Assembly: GCA_976226885.1 (NCBI GenBank) | Contig: OZ320320.1 | Location: 57,908,001-57,972,000, forward strand | From: Iphione sp. A-MEVVRFRX5 | Lineage: Eukaryota | DNA: 64,000 nt | Direction of reading: 5' to 3' | Part shown: piece by piece, positions 9,409 through 18,958 of the stretch | Position numbering within the stretch: the first letter of the stretch is position 1 | How the letters are laid out: every line of letters begins with the position of its first letter | The notes under the pieces: model-generated | What the model was told of the DNA's origin: nothing | Seen by the model: the letters and a program-made list of their open reading frames with translations, nothing else | Databases searched by the model: none | Program-made: the position numbers and the translations under genes

Positions 9409-9968
9409 CTGGCCTTCCTAGCAACACAAGCAGCAAGACGGCAACAACAAGCAGTGACAGAGACGTCCCTAAAGGCCAGGCATCGGATGGTCCAGACCTT
9501 TGTCGGTTTTACCCAACTTTACCATATCCAGTTATCAGATATTTCTGTAGACGACCTCTTAATATTTCTCGAATACCTCACTGCCCATTACCAAAGCCCT
9601 AAGGTGATTGCCCAGCACATAACCGCCTTGCGTCAATTTTCTATGGCCATGGACGCCCCTCTGGGCCCACTCTCCTCCCCTCGAGTCAATACAGCCTTGA
9701 AGGCCATAGAGAAAACATCCACCCATCTGATAGATAGGAAAGCTCCCATTTCCCCTCGCCATCTTTCACTCATTATTTCCTTCCTACAGCACTTCGGCCC
9801 TTTGGGTCAGATTCTTCAATCACTATTTCTATTCCTGTTCTATTCATTGGTTCGCCAATCAAACCTCCTGCCTAAAACCCCCTTGACCTTCGATCATCGG
9901 AAACAAATCACAAGAAATGATATCACTTTTCATCGTCATCATTTCACCGTCAACCTACGTTGGTCAAA
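9409..9968 (+). pseudogene. Tyrosine recombinase, N-terminal half only (C-terminal HxxR and Tyr missing)
   Basis: Frame open from 9409 after an in-frame TGA at 9406-9408; SAM-like N-terminal part, FLFLFYSLVRQSNLLP (catalytic Arg), FD..KQITRND, then RWS where xWSKT is expected; the sequence then becomes unrelated and stops at 10008. Confidence 0.85.
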
Positions 9969-10198
9969 TCAGTTATATTCTGGAAGATGGAACATTCATC
10001 CATTTTAAATGGGACAGAATATCGATTAACAAAAATTCAAACCAGGTGGCGCAAGTGAATATGACCTATATAGGCTAGACCTTGGCAAGGGTTTACAGTC
10101 TCTACCAAATCTTATGTAAAATGTGTCACTTTGACCTGCTGCATCTCTCTTATTTCTCTACAGAAATCTCTGAAAATTTACATGAAAAAACTTTAATA

Positions 10199-10510
10199 CC
10201 TTATCTATATATATGCCAAACTTTTTTCTCCTACCTTTGACAGATTTTTTCAATGGCAGAAGAATCATCACCCTGTATCGTCTAGTCTAGTTAGCTAAGC
10301 CCTTATCTATATATATATGCCAAACTATTTTCTCCTACCTTTTACAGATTTTTTTAAATGGCAGAAGAATCATCACCCTGTATCTTCTAGTCTAGTTAGC
10401 TAAGCCCTTATCTATATATATGCCAAACTATTTTCTCCTACCTTTGACAGATCTTTTTTAAATGGCAGAAGAATCATCACCCTGTATCTTCTAGTCTACT
10501 TAGCTAAGCC
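10199..10510. repeat. Three tandem copies of a ~102-105 bp unit
   Basis: Near-identical units start at 10199, 10301 and 10406 (ccttatctatatatatgccaaac...ctagttagctaagc). Confidence 0.95.
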
Positions 10511-10544
10511 ATATAGTAATGTTTGCCTATGTAGGACTCTCACT

Positions 10545-10660
10545 GCCCATGCGCAGATCATTAGTTGCTATGGCAACAGGCCACACCTCTTCCGAAGGGG
10601 CAAAACATTCCTCGCTGTAACTCAAAAATCGACGGGTCCATAGTCACAAAAGTGAGAAGT
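10545..10660 (+). promoter_or_regulatory. Candidate promoter with RFX X-box
   Basis: GTTGCTATGGCAAC palindrome at 10564-10577, flanked by CATGCGCA (NRF1-like) and CTTCCG (ETS-like); donor-like AAAA|GTGAGA near 10651. Confidence 0.35.
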
Positions 10661-12585
10661 AACTTTACATGAATGTGGCTCGTGTTCATCACACTATGTT
10701 ACATGGGTTGTATATTGACTGAACTATACTTTGGGTATAATGAAAAATGTGTTATCACGTCTATTTTCCTGAGCCCTAGTAACTGCAACCTAGATGTATT
10801 AAGATTGGACCGCCGCACACTCTGGGTGGTCTCTGTGAGTCACGCTGTCACACATAAGAGCATATATAGTGTGATGTAGATGAATGAATACACACCATAG
10901 CAGAGTAACAAGTGTCTGTATTCCATACTACGTCCCAATCACTTGGTTACATTTACAGCACAGTGTGTGGTACACAGCAAAACACTGAAAAGACAGTATT
11001 CGTGTATATACATCGTATAAATAGGGATCTACGTCTATAAATGTTATGATATGTACCTGTGTGTATATTTCCATCGGTATGTGCATGTAAATATAACGTG
11101 AACTTTCACTTAAACCTCTACATCTTACAATACTTTCATTACCGGCTGTAATTAATTGTGACTACATGTGTATTTCTGTTCCGATCAATCATGATTCGCC
11201 ACTGGTCTAGTTAAGCAAATTGTGGTTGGTAAGTTTATACTTGACAGTAAGTGTGACACATGTCATGTCTGTATATGCAGAGACGATCACAAATTGGCTC
11301 AAATGGGGAATTGGAAATTAGTTGTCTTGGACTCTTCGGTAATAAAGAGATTTTATGCCATCCCTTCTGGACAGAGCCTTTCCATTCAGAAGGTACATAC
11401 TCACCGCTGTAACATTACATCGGTTGATAACATGGAATGAAAAGTCTATGCGTTGAATATTATGCCCCTAAGATAAACTTGGCTATTATTGACTAAGCTT
11501 GGAATAGACACTGCTTCTTGTTTCCAAAACTACATGTATTTTAGTCAACACCTGTGCACAAAATATATATGATAGTGAGACACGCAAGTGCTCGATGTGA
11601 CAGAATTCTATTAGGTCTCCTGCTATTTGATCATAATGTCCACACTTTCGGTTCATGAAATGCCGCCAGATCAGAATATTTATCATACATAAGTATCCCC
11701 TGTTTATCACGCTCTTAATAGAGATACGCAGAGGTCAAGGGTGTAGACAAAGACGAAGGGTGGGAGAGGGGAAGTATTATTTAGCAGCTCCGCACCCACC
11801 AATGCACGCATTTACACTTTTGACCCATAGTTATGATATACGTGTACATGCATATGTATTGCCTTCAGGTTTTGTTCGGTTTAGAAAAAAACACCTTAGC
11901 TTTCACATTCTTATGTATATGTACTAGAGGGCAAACCTGTGCAAAACCTATGAACAAGATATACATATGAGGGATATTTTCGTCATAAATGTGTCCCTTT
12001 AATTCCCTACGCCCCTCCCTCCCACACACATGCACAAACACAGGTGTGACTTCTACTTCTCTGTAGGAACGATACATACAGCTATATTTCATAACATATG
12101 AAGAAAATGAAAATAATAGAGAGGAGAAACTGTTCAAACAGCGAGGTATGATGCTGTGAAGAATATAGATTTTGTGTTTACTGAGTGATGTTATTGTATA
12201 TATAAATATTATAGGAGAGATAAAAACGTAGCTTGTAAAATGTGATGGACCTATCGCCAAAGCAACAGCCACACCTTACTATGTGTATGTTTGTATATGT
12301 TTACTGTTTTTTTTTTCAGACAATGTCTAAAAATAAAGGAAGCTGATTCGTGGATGCTCCGTTATGATGTCACAAATGATAAAACATGTGTCCGTGGTAC
12401 CTATTTATTCAACCATCGGAGATTGGTCCATTGTTTTGTGAATATTGGCACAACTGTATAAAAAGGCATTTAAATTCGAATAAACTATACTTGTACTCTC
12501 CTAGTGCTTTTAACGGGACCTCCTGGTCTTGACTTTCATTTTTTGCTAATTGGCACACTAGAACAACCTTAACTTCTGTAATTAA

Positions 12586-13124
12586 TGTAACACAGTACCA
12601 GTAATAAAGATTGTATCCTTGGGATTAATGCCCTAAACATACTGTGTTGTATAGTGTACAGATATAAGTAATTGAAGTGAAGCCTTATACAAAGTACTAC
12701 TAAGTGTGCAAACAAAATTTTTTCATCTTAGGTACTATTATTCTCAGAATCAGCATGTGTCAGAAACCGTTCCTGTAAAACAGTGTAAAACCATTGTATT
12801 ACATGTTGAATCAAGTCTTGAACAAATAACCATTATCTGTGTGTGCTTATGAGACCCTGGATACTGGGCCCTTGTGGCATCAAGATGTCTAAAACCTAGG
12901 ATACCTATTGTGTAGTTGACATTTAATTAATGACTATATGTCCAGTTCACGTGATGTGAGATGCAGTTGTATCCTGAGGAATTGAGTATATAAGAGAGGT
13001 GCTCTGACGCTCTAATCAGACTTGCCTGCCTTGATGCTACTGATGCTGACTCACTGTACCACTGCTGAAGAAGAATAAAAGGCTGATATTGAACCTACCG
13101 GTGTGGTGTACACTTTGTGTTACA
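12586..13124 (+). mobile_element. Probable solo LTR (539 bp)
   Basis: 9-bp terminal inverted repeat TGTAACACA...TGTGTTACA; TATATAA at 12987-12993; AATAAA at 13074-13079; flanks ttaa/ctaa are an imperfect 4-bp TSD. Confidence 0.6.
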
Positions 13125-14978
13125 CTAAAAACTTTGGTCATAGAGCATGTTACTATTTGTGTGTAATTCAGTATGTTAATATTTTATACAGCACAATTGG
13201 GCCTATAAGGGTGGAACAGTCATATTCATGCTTGTCTTTATGGACCAGGTATACATGTATATCGTTCCTCATCTGAAACAAACATGAATGAAAAGAGTGC
13301 CCCAATAGGTTTTGTTCTGGATCTCCTCCACTTTTTCTTTGAAGGAGTGTACTGCTTCTGGAACTGCATGTGATTGGTTAGCTCTTTGTTTGTTTTGGTG
13401 TGATGTCCTAGTTCCACGGTTGACTTGCTCTGTGCACTTGTTTCTGCTCAAAGAGAGAAAAAGAGACACGGAGGAGACTGACACAGTGACACACTGTGAC
13501 ACTGACACACTATGGCACACTGACACTATGACATGATGTGACACACAGTGACATACAGTTACACATTAGGCCTATAAAAAAAAGTACCTCTATATCTAGT
13601 AACCTAGCTGACTGATTTTGGTGACAATGGCACATTTTAGTTTATTGTTTTGCAAACATCTTGGCAAGAAATGAATTTACAGACTCATAAATTATACCAC
13701 TTTGTTGCCTAGATCATTAGCATTCATATGAATGCTCTGGTTGAACCATTTCCAACTATTCAAATTCCTGAGTGAACCATATTAATTCCATAGTTATGTT
13801 CTTCTTCATTCTGTACATGCTATTTACAGGTAAGTGATCCACTAGCTATAAAGATACCTTGAAACGCACCCTGGTTAGTTGAACACCTATAAATTTTTGA
13901 CCGAACGATATATTTTAATGGAGATTCTATCACTTTAGGAGAAACACATCCATTACTTGACAGCACAGAGCTTTTTCCTATGAATCTTGCAAATATGGGA
14001 AGTTTCTGTCCAAAATAACCATAATGGGAATTACAGTGGAGACCTTGTTAACGGACAACCTGCCAATGTAGACAACCCTTTGAGTGGGGAATCTGGTCAT
14101 TCTGGCTTGGTTACTTGTAAACATATATCTGTCAAGTGAGATTTTACTCAGATTATAAAGGTACCATTGGATCCACAATGAGAAATTTATAGGTTTATTC
14201 TTTATCTAAATGACCACATGAGTGTATAGTTTTAAAAGCTTTTCACAAATTCTAAAATTCAGCAAAAATACAACAGAGGTGAAGAATGGTTGATAATCAG
14301 GGACTTTTTGTATATTTTGTGAACTCTAAAGCCTGGTAACAAGAATATACTGATGGACATAGATGGACTTCACATAAAGATGACATTACATGTCTCTCTA
14401 TTATGACATCAGAGTTATCACTGAAAGTAATGCCAAAAGATAATTATGGGACTAAACATGACACTAGATCAAAGAAAGAAAATATCTTCCTTTCACCTCC
14501 CCAACAGGCACCCAGCCCCTTATCTAGGTCAAGTTACCAGTGCAGGCAATCACTGTGACGTTACCTCCACTTCAAGAATGAACAAAAATAGTGCAAAACC
14601 ATACAACCATTGTATATCTGATGTTTAACCTTACTTGGCCACTGCGGACTCTCCCATACAGTGGTAATCCACCTGTGGACACCAATTTTACAGTCCAAAA
14701 GAAGCCATTTCAGAGGCTACCACAAACATTCTGTAACACAGTGTTATTGTAATGGAGAAAGTATTGTTACTAATAATGTTCTCAAAATGGCTGTGTTAAT
14801 GTATAGTGCATAGCTATAAGAGCTACACAAAGCCTTTTATGATGTACTTAACCAGAGTTGATAAAAATATTTGAAGTACTCATATTTCCAGTAAACAGTA
14901 TGTGATTTCCCGTTGCAGTTAAACAACGTAATGAACTTGTTACCTGGTATCGTAACATGTCTAAGAACGTGTTTTAGA

Positions 14979-15202
14979 AAGTATCCTTATCATCTAGATC
15001 TAGCAAGGTACCCTGGATATGTAGCACTGTGATGTCACCAGAAGCTCAAACCAATAGACGACTATTGTTCAATTGTCTTGATTAATGATGTTTGTTGAAA
15101 TCATGTGATGTTGTGCATAGTCATCTGTTGGTTTTATATCCAGTGACATCACAGTGCCACATAACCAGGGTACTTTGGTAGATTCAGATGATAAGAATAC
15201 TT
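14979..15202. mobile_element. MITE / foldback element with long terminal inverted repeats
   Basis: Left arm aagtatccttatcatctagatctagcaaggtaccctggatatgtagcactgtgatgtcac is the reverse complement (few mismatches over ~60 bp, weaker to ~90 bp) of the right arm gtgacatcacagtgccacataaccagggtactttggtagattcagatgataagaatactt. Confidence 0.85.
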
Positions 15203-15220
15203 AGTTCCTACATGGTATTT

Positions 15221-15583
15221 GTTAAGTTAATGAGACCATAAGGTCAACCTCTAGTCCTTGGCAAGGGGGGTTTCCCCCTTTAGCTCAGATGGTTAGGTGT
15301 TGGCCTTTCATGCCAAAGGTATAGGGTTCAATTCCCCACCGGTGCTAGCTCTCAAAGTCCGGAAAACTCTTGATAAACTAAAACTGGTGGAGAACCAAAA
15401 TGATCCCTACATGTCAAAAATGCCAAGTGAAGTGCATATATAGTACAGGCATGAGTGGTACATGCCACTCAACTGTGTAAGGGACAGTGTTAAGTTAATG
15501 AGGCCATAAAGTCACCCTCTAGCCCTTGGGTAGGGGGGTTTTCCCTTTAGCTCAGATGGTTAGGTGTTGGCCTCTCATGCCAG
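15221..15583 (+). repeat. Head-to-tail 270-bp unit containing a tRNA-Glu-like (SINE-type) head; one full unit plus partial flanking units
   Basis: 15221-15314 is repeated at 15491-15583; A box TAGCTCAGATGG (15281), anticodon arm TTGGC-CTTTCAT-GCCAA, B box GGTTCAATTCC; acceptor stem does not pair. Confidence 0.7.
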
Positions 15584-16075
15584 CTGGTTGGCCAGCCTGG
15601 CCTGCAATTGTCAGCTGGCCGGCCTGGGTGCATGGCATTCATCCTCCTAGTAACTAGCCTCAGGGAGCTTGGCTCTGGCTGGCTGAAGCACCCAGTTTTG
15701 TCCAGGCGTCAGGTGTGACTTGGCTACAGTGCTTGGGGGTGACGATTAGTTGTGTTCGTGCTCTTCCCCCAACCATCGCTGGCAGGTCCTGGTGTTACTG
15801 CTCATTTATGGCTGCCATGGAGATCAGCTGAGGGGTGAGTGCTGGGGAAGAGGCCACACTCTCTTGGTCAAGGCCCCAGAGCTGGACATCCATTCCGCCT
15901 ATGGTACCCCCTTGGGAAGTGGACTCCTGGAGCTGGGAGCTGGCAGTTGTCTTGGTGGTCAGAACCGGGGGTTTGGCCAGAGCCCCAACAGAAGTCACCA
16001 CTGGGGAGCTGGTGCTGGTAACTGCTGGAGCTCCTCCTTCAAGCTGACAGGATTATCCAACTTCATTTTCACTGG
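15584..16075 (-). pseudogene. Decayed GC-rich ORF fragment, Ser/Thr/Ala/Gln-rich, probably transposon-derived
   Basis: One minus frame reads ~160 codons (GAPAVTSTSSPVVTSVGALAKPPVLTTK...) interrupted by about five stops that could be C-to-T derivatives; sharp GC contrast with the flanks. Confidence 0.3.
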
Positions 16076-16949
16076 TAAATAATAATGCAACAATCATTAT
16101 TCGCTACCAGCTTGACTTATGAGTAATACTTTATCCTTTTGATTTTTATCATTGGTCATTTTTCTTTGTCTTGTTTGGAGGATGTTATATAGTAACCAAT
16201 TTTGCTTAAATTGTTTCATATTTCTTTTTTCAATGTCAGCATGTAAAGCAATTACGACCATCAACGATCACATCGTGTTGTCGAGTTTGCTCGAAGAATC
16301 ACATCCAGTACAAAAGTCAGTTATCAAGTCTTTGCTATTTATAATTCACATTTCACTTTAAGGATCTCGTCCTGTGTTTATCTTACTTGCTTATATGGTC
16401 ATATTCTTTCTTTGCTTTTATTGTGTCAAGTACAAGCATTATTGTTCAGGATCAAATCCATTTTGTATTGCTTAATACACTCGTACTTAACCATACAGGG
16501 ATGACATCCAGTTGGCTATTACTCCTATAGTTTTGTAATTCTTTGTTTTTATCAGATCACATCCGACAATATCGCCACATTCATGTGAATTTACCTCTGA
16601 TTTAACATACAGTAGAATCTTGCCTAACAGGCAACTCAACTGGGCAACCATCTCGTAGTAAAGGGCCTTTGAATCAGTTTCAATTAGTATACAAAATGCA
16701 TTCAGAAATCTGACCACCATACAGATACAACTATTTTTGTCTAGTCCCTTAGGTGGTCACCTAGTCGAGTTGCCCGTATATTAACATCGTATTACATGCG
16801 ACATTGGTTGGATCACATCACACAGTAGTCATTATAACACAACTCAAGATGACACAGATTTCCAAGTTATTGATCTTTATTGCAACAGAGTAGACACATA
16901 CAAGTAACACAATGGAGCTTTACGAAAAGGCTGGAGAAATTAAGGACAT

Positions 16950-18958
16950 TATATGCCGACAGTTCATGACACTCATGTGTGAACTGTCAACACCTATCCT
17001 GGAAGTCCCTCAAAATCCCCATTCCGATGTAGCATTTGTTATGTCCACATGCCAACTTTACATAGTTTATGAGTGTCTGTTCCACCTGAGACTGTCAGTG
17101 TCCAGACTATTAATGGTGCCACTTAGTAACATGGCACAGCTGTTGTCTCTACACAGACGGCACTTATAGACTTACATCTGTAAAATGTACAAGGAACTTC
17201 TTTTCTGTGGCCTATGTGTGGCCTGTGTCACCCACTTGCACTCCTTTTTGTTTGCTAGCACTCCCAGGAAATGCTCCCAGCACATGAAATCTTTCCACTG
17301 GCCTGTTGCCTCTGGGTATGCCAGGTGGACCAGCCTTTCTATGTTATCAGCCAGGTCTGCAAGGCACTCCCCCTTCTTCTGGCAGTGGTACTTCAGCTGC
17401 TAAAGATGGGCATATACTTGGTCAGCTGGTTGAAACCGATCCTGAATGACATTCACAAATCTTCTTAAAAGCCCCTTCTTTTGCCATGTCTACCTGTGTG
17501 TTTTGGAGGGCTGACCAAGTACCTAGTGTAAAATTTGTCCCAACCTACATAACTGCATTTCCATTGGATGAACAAGACATGTATGTTTCTGTTAATGGCA
17601 TCTTGCTCAACCTAAACTGGAAGTGCACCTCGAAAACTATGTCAAGCATGCGCACTGCATTCATCCAAAATGACGCTATACACAAACAAGCCTTGTCACC
17701 CTCACAACACGTCAAAATAGACAGAATATGGATAATTTAAGCCCTGTAAAAAGTTAGTTCCTATCAAAACCGTGTCAGAACAGTGATTAACTATGTAATT
17801 TTCATGGAAAGGTGGAGGGATCCAGCCCTCTGCCCTCGTGCTAGGACTTCGTCCCAGCACTTGGGCATCGGGCTGGATCCCTCACACCTTTCCCTCAAAC
17901 CCATACCTAATTGCTTGGTCCATGCCAACTTCCATAAGGCTACCCCCAGTTGTACCATCTTCTTCTGCTCATCCCAGCCATTTGCAGTAGCCACCAATTG
18001 GCAATGCTGTAGAAAATCAGGCAAGAAGTTTGTCCCGTTGAAGGTGTCTGCCTTGATGATCATCCTTTGTGCGCAATCCCATGGTAGCTTGGCTCAACAG
18101 AATTCCTCTACAAGCCCGCATACTGCTGCATCTTCTGGCCCCTGGCTGGGATTCTCAGGCTCATTATCTTCCTCCTACCCTGAGTCTTCCTCATTTTCTG
18201 ATGACTTGGGAGAAGAATGGGTCAGCTGAAGTTGGGTCCCTGGTTGTGGTGTTTACATCCTGGCTGTCTGATGTGCCCTCACAGGCCCTCCCTGACCAGT
18301 GCTGATTGCTATGTAGCAGCCCATCCACCATTGTACCACTGCAGGCTTTCCCCACAAAACCTCCTGTTCTTCAAGGCTATGAGGTTCCTTGGACACTGTG
18401 CTGTACTGTTCCACACCCTGCAATCCCCAATGGTTGCCCTCCACATTGTGCAGTTCCGCAGCCTCCCACTGCCATCCTACCTGGGAGTCCTCAGTGTTGT
18501 GTGGTTCCACATGGTGCAGTTCTGCATCGTGTGGTTCCACATGGTGTGGTTCTACCTCATGCGGTTCTGCACAGTGCAGTTCTGTGTCATGTAGTTCCAC
18601 ATAGTGGAGAAGTCTATCCCACCACTTCCACCAATGTTGTGACCAGATCTCAACATGCCTAGTGGCCACTCAGAAGTTTAGATTTGAGATGTTTGTTGTA
18701 AGAAGTCCAAACCTCAACTGACAATGAGCTCCATACTCAAGGTCTATTTATCCAAAAAGTGTGACGATCAGAGCCCAAACTGTCTGAACAGCTCACATAG
18801 AGTAACTTGGAACAGCTCGTGTGGAGCAACTTATGCAGTTCTGACATTTGGACAGTGTGTGGAGCAAGACAGTAGTGCTCTGCTGCAAAAGTTTAACTAT
18901 CATACTCAGATTGAGAATGTTATTTATAATAGGGCCAAGTCTCTTGTATTGTGCAACA
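16950..18958 (-). mobile_element. Old, degraded Ty3/Gypsy remnant (LTR fragment, PBS, gag, possible protease trace)
   Basis: PBS-like TGGTGGAAGTGGTGGGAT (plus 18616-18633) next to TGT at 18635; gag blocks KADTFNGTNFLPDFLQHCQLVATANGWDEQKKMVQLGVAL (~17930-18060) and VIQDRF...LADLADNIERLVHLAYPE (17235-17460, with stop and frameshift) align with the intact gag at 3279-4745. Outer limits uncertain. Confidence 0.7.
18499..18603. repeat. Seven tandem 15-bp units within the degraded Gypsy
   Basis: Units such as gtgtggttccacatg, gtgcagttctgcatc, atgcggttctgcaca at an exact 15-bp period. Confidence 0.85.

Larger units (their letters stand above)
6480..9968 (+). mobile_element. DIRS-superfamily (Ngaro-like) tyrosine-recombinase retrotransposon, 3'-truncated
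   Basis: gag-like ORF, overlapping RT/RNaseH ORF, then the N-terminal half of a tyrosine recombinase; no protease, DDE integrase or obvious methyltransferase domain. 5' boundary approximate. Confidence 0.9.
11281..16315 (+). other. Possible exons of an unidentified host gene (11281-11392, 12320-~12400, 13794-13829, ~16240-16315)
   Basis: Each has an AG acceptor, an open frame and a GT donor-like site, e.g. DDHKLAQMGNWKLVVLDSSVIKRFYAIPSGQSLSIQK, QCLKIKEADSWMLRYDVTNDKTCVR, MFFFILYMLFT; I could not chain their phases into one ORF. Confidence 0.2.

Noticed and set aside
10199-10510. Tandem repeats as a CRISPR array
   Set aside because: Units are contiguous ~103-bp copies without unique spacers, there are no cas genes, and the context is eukaryotic.
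10584-10601. Peptide HLFRRG resembling the YR catalytic HxxRRG motif downstream of the truncated recombinase
   Set aside because: The sequence between 9968 and here does not translate as YR in any frame I checked, the frame closes 14 codons later, and no downstream Tyr motif follows; probably chance.
13125-13150. PBS after the putative solo LTR
   Set aside because: The TGG is 10 nt from the LTR end and I recognise no tRNA complement; no gag follows.
13794-13835. Recursive (zero-length exon) splice site TTACAG|GTAAGT at 13829/13830
   Set aside because: The pyrimidine run is explained equally well by a 36-nt hydrophobic-coding exon (13794-13829), and no long host intron is established here.
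15274-15350. Functional tRNA-Glu gene
   Set aside because: Acceptor and D stems do not pair and the sequence is embedded in a tandem repeat; treated as SINE-like.
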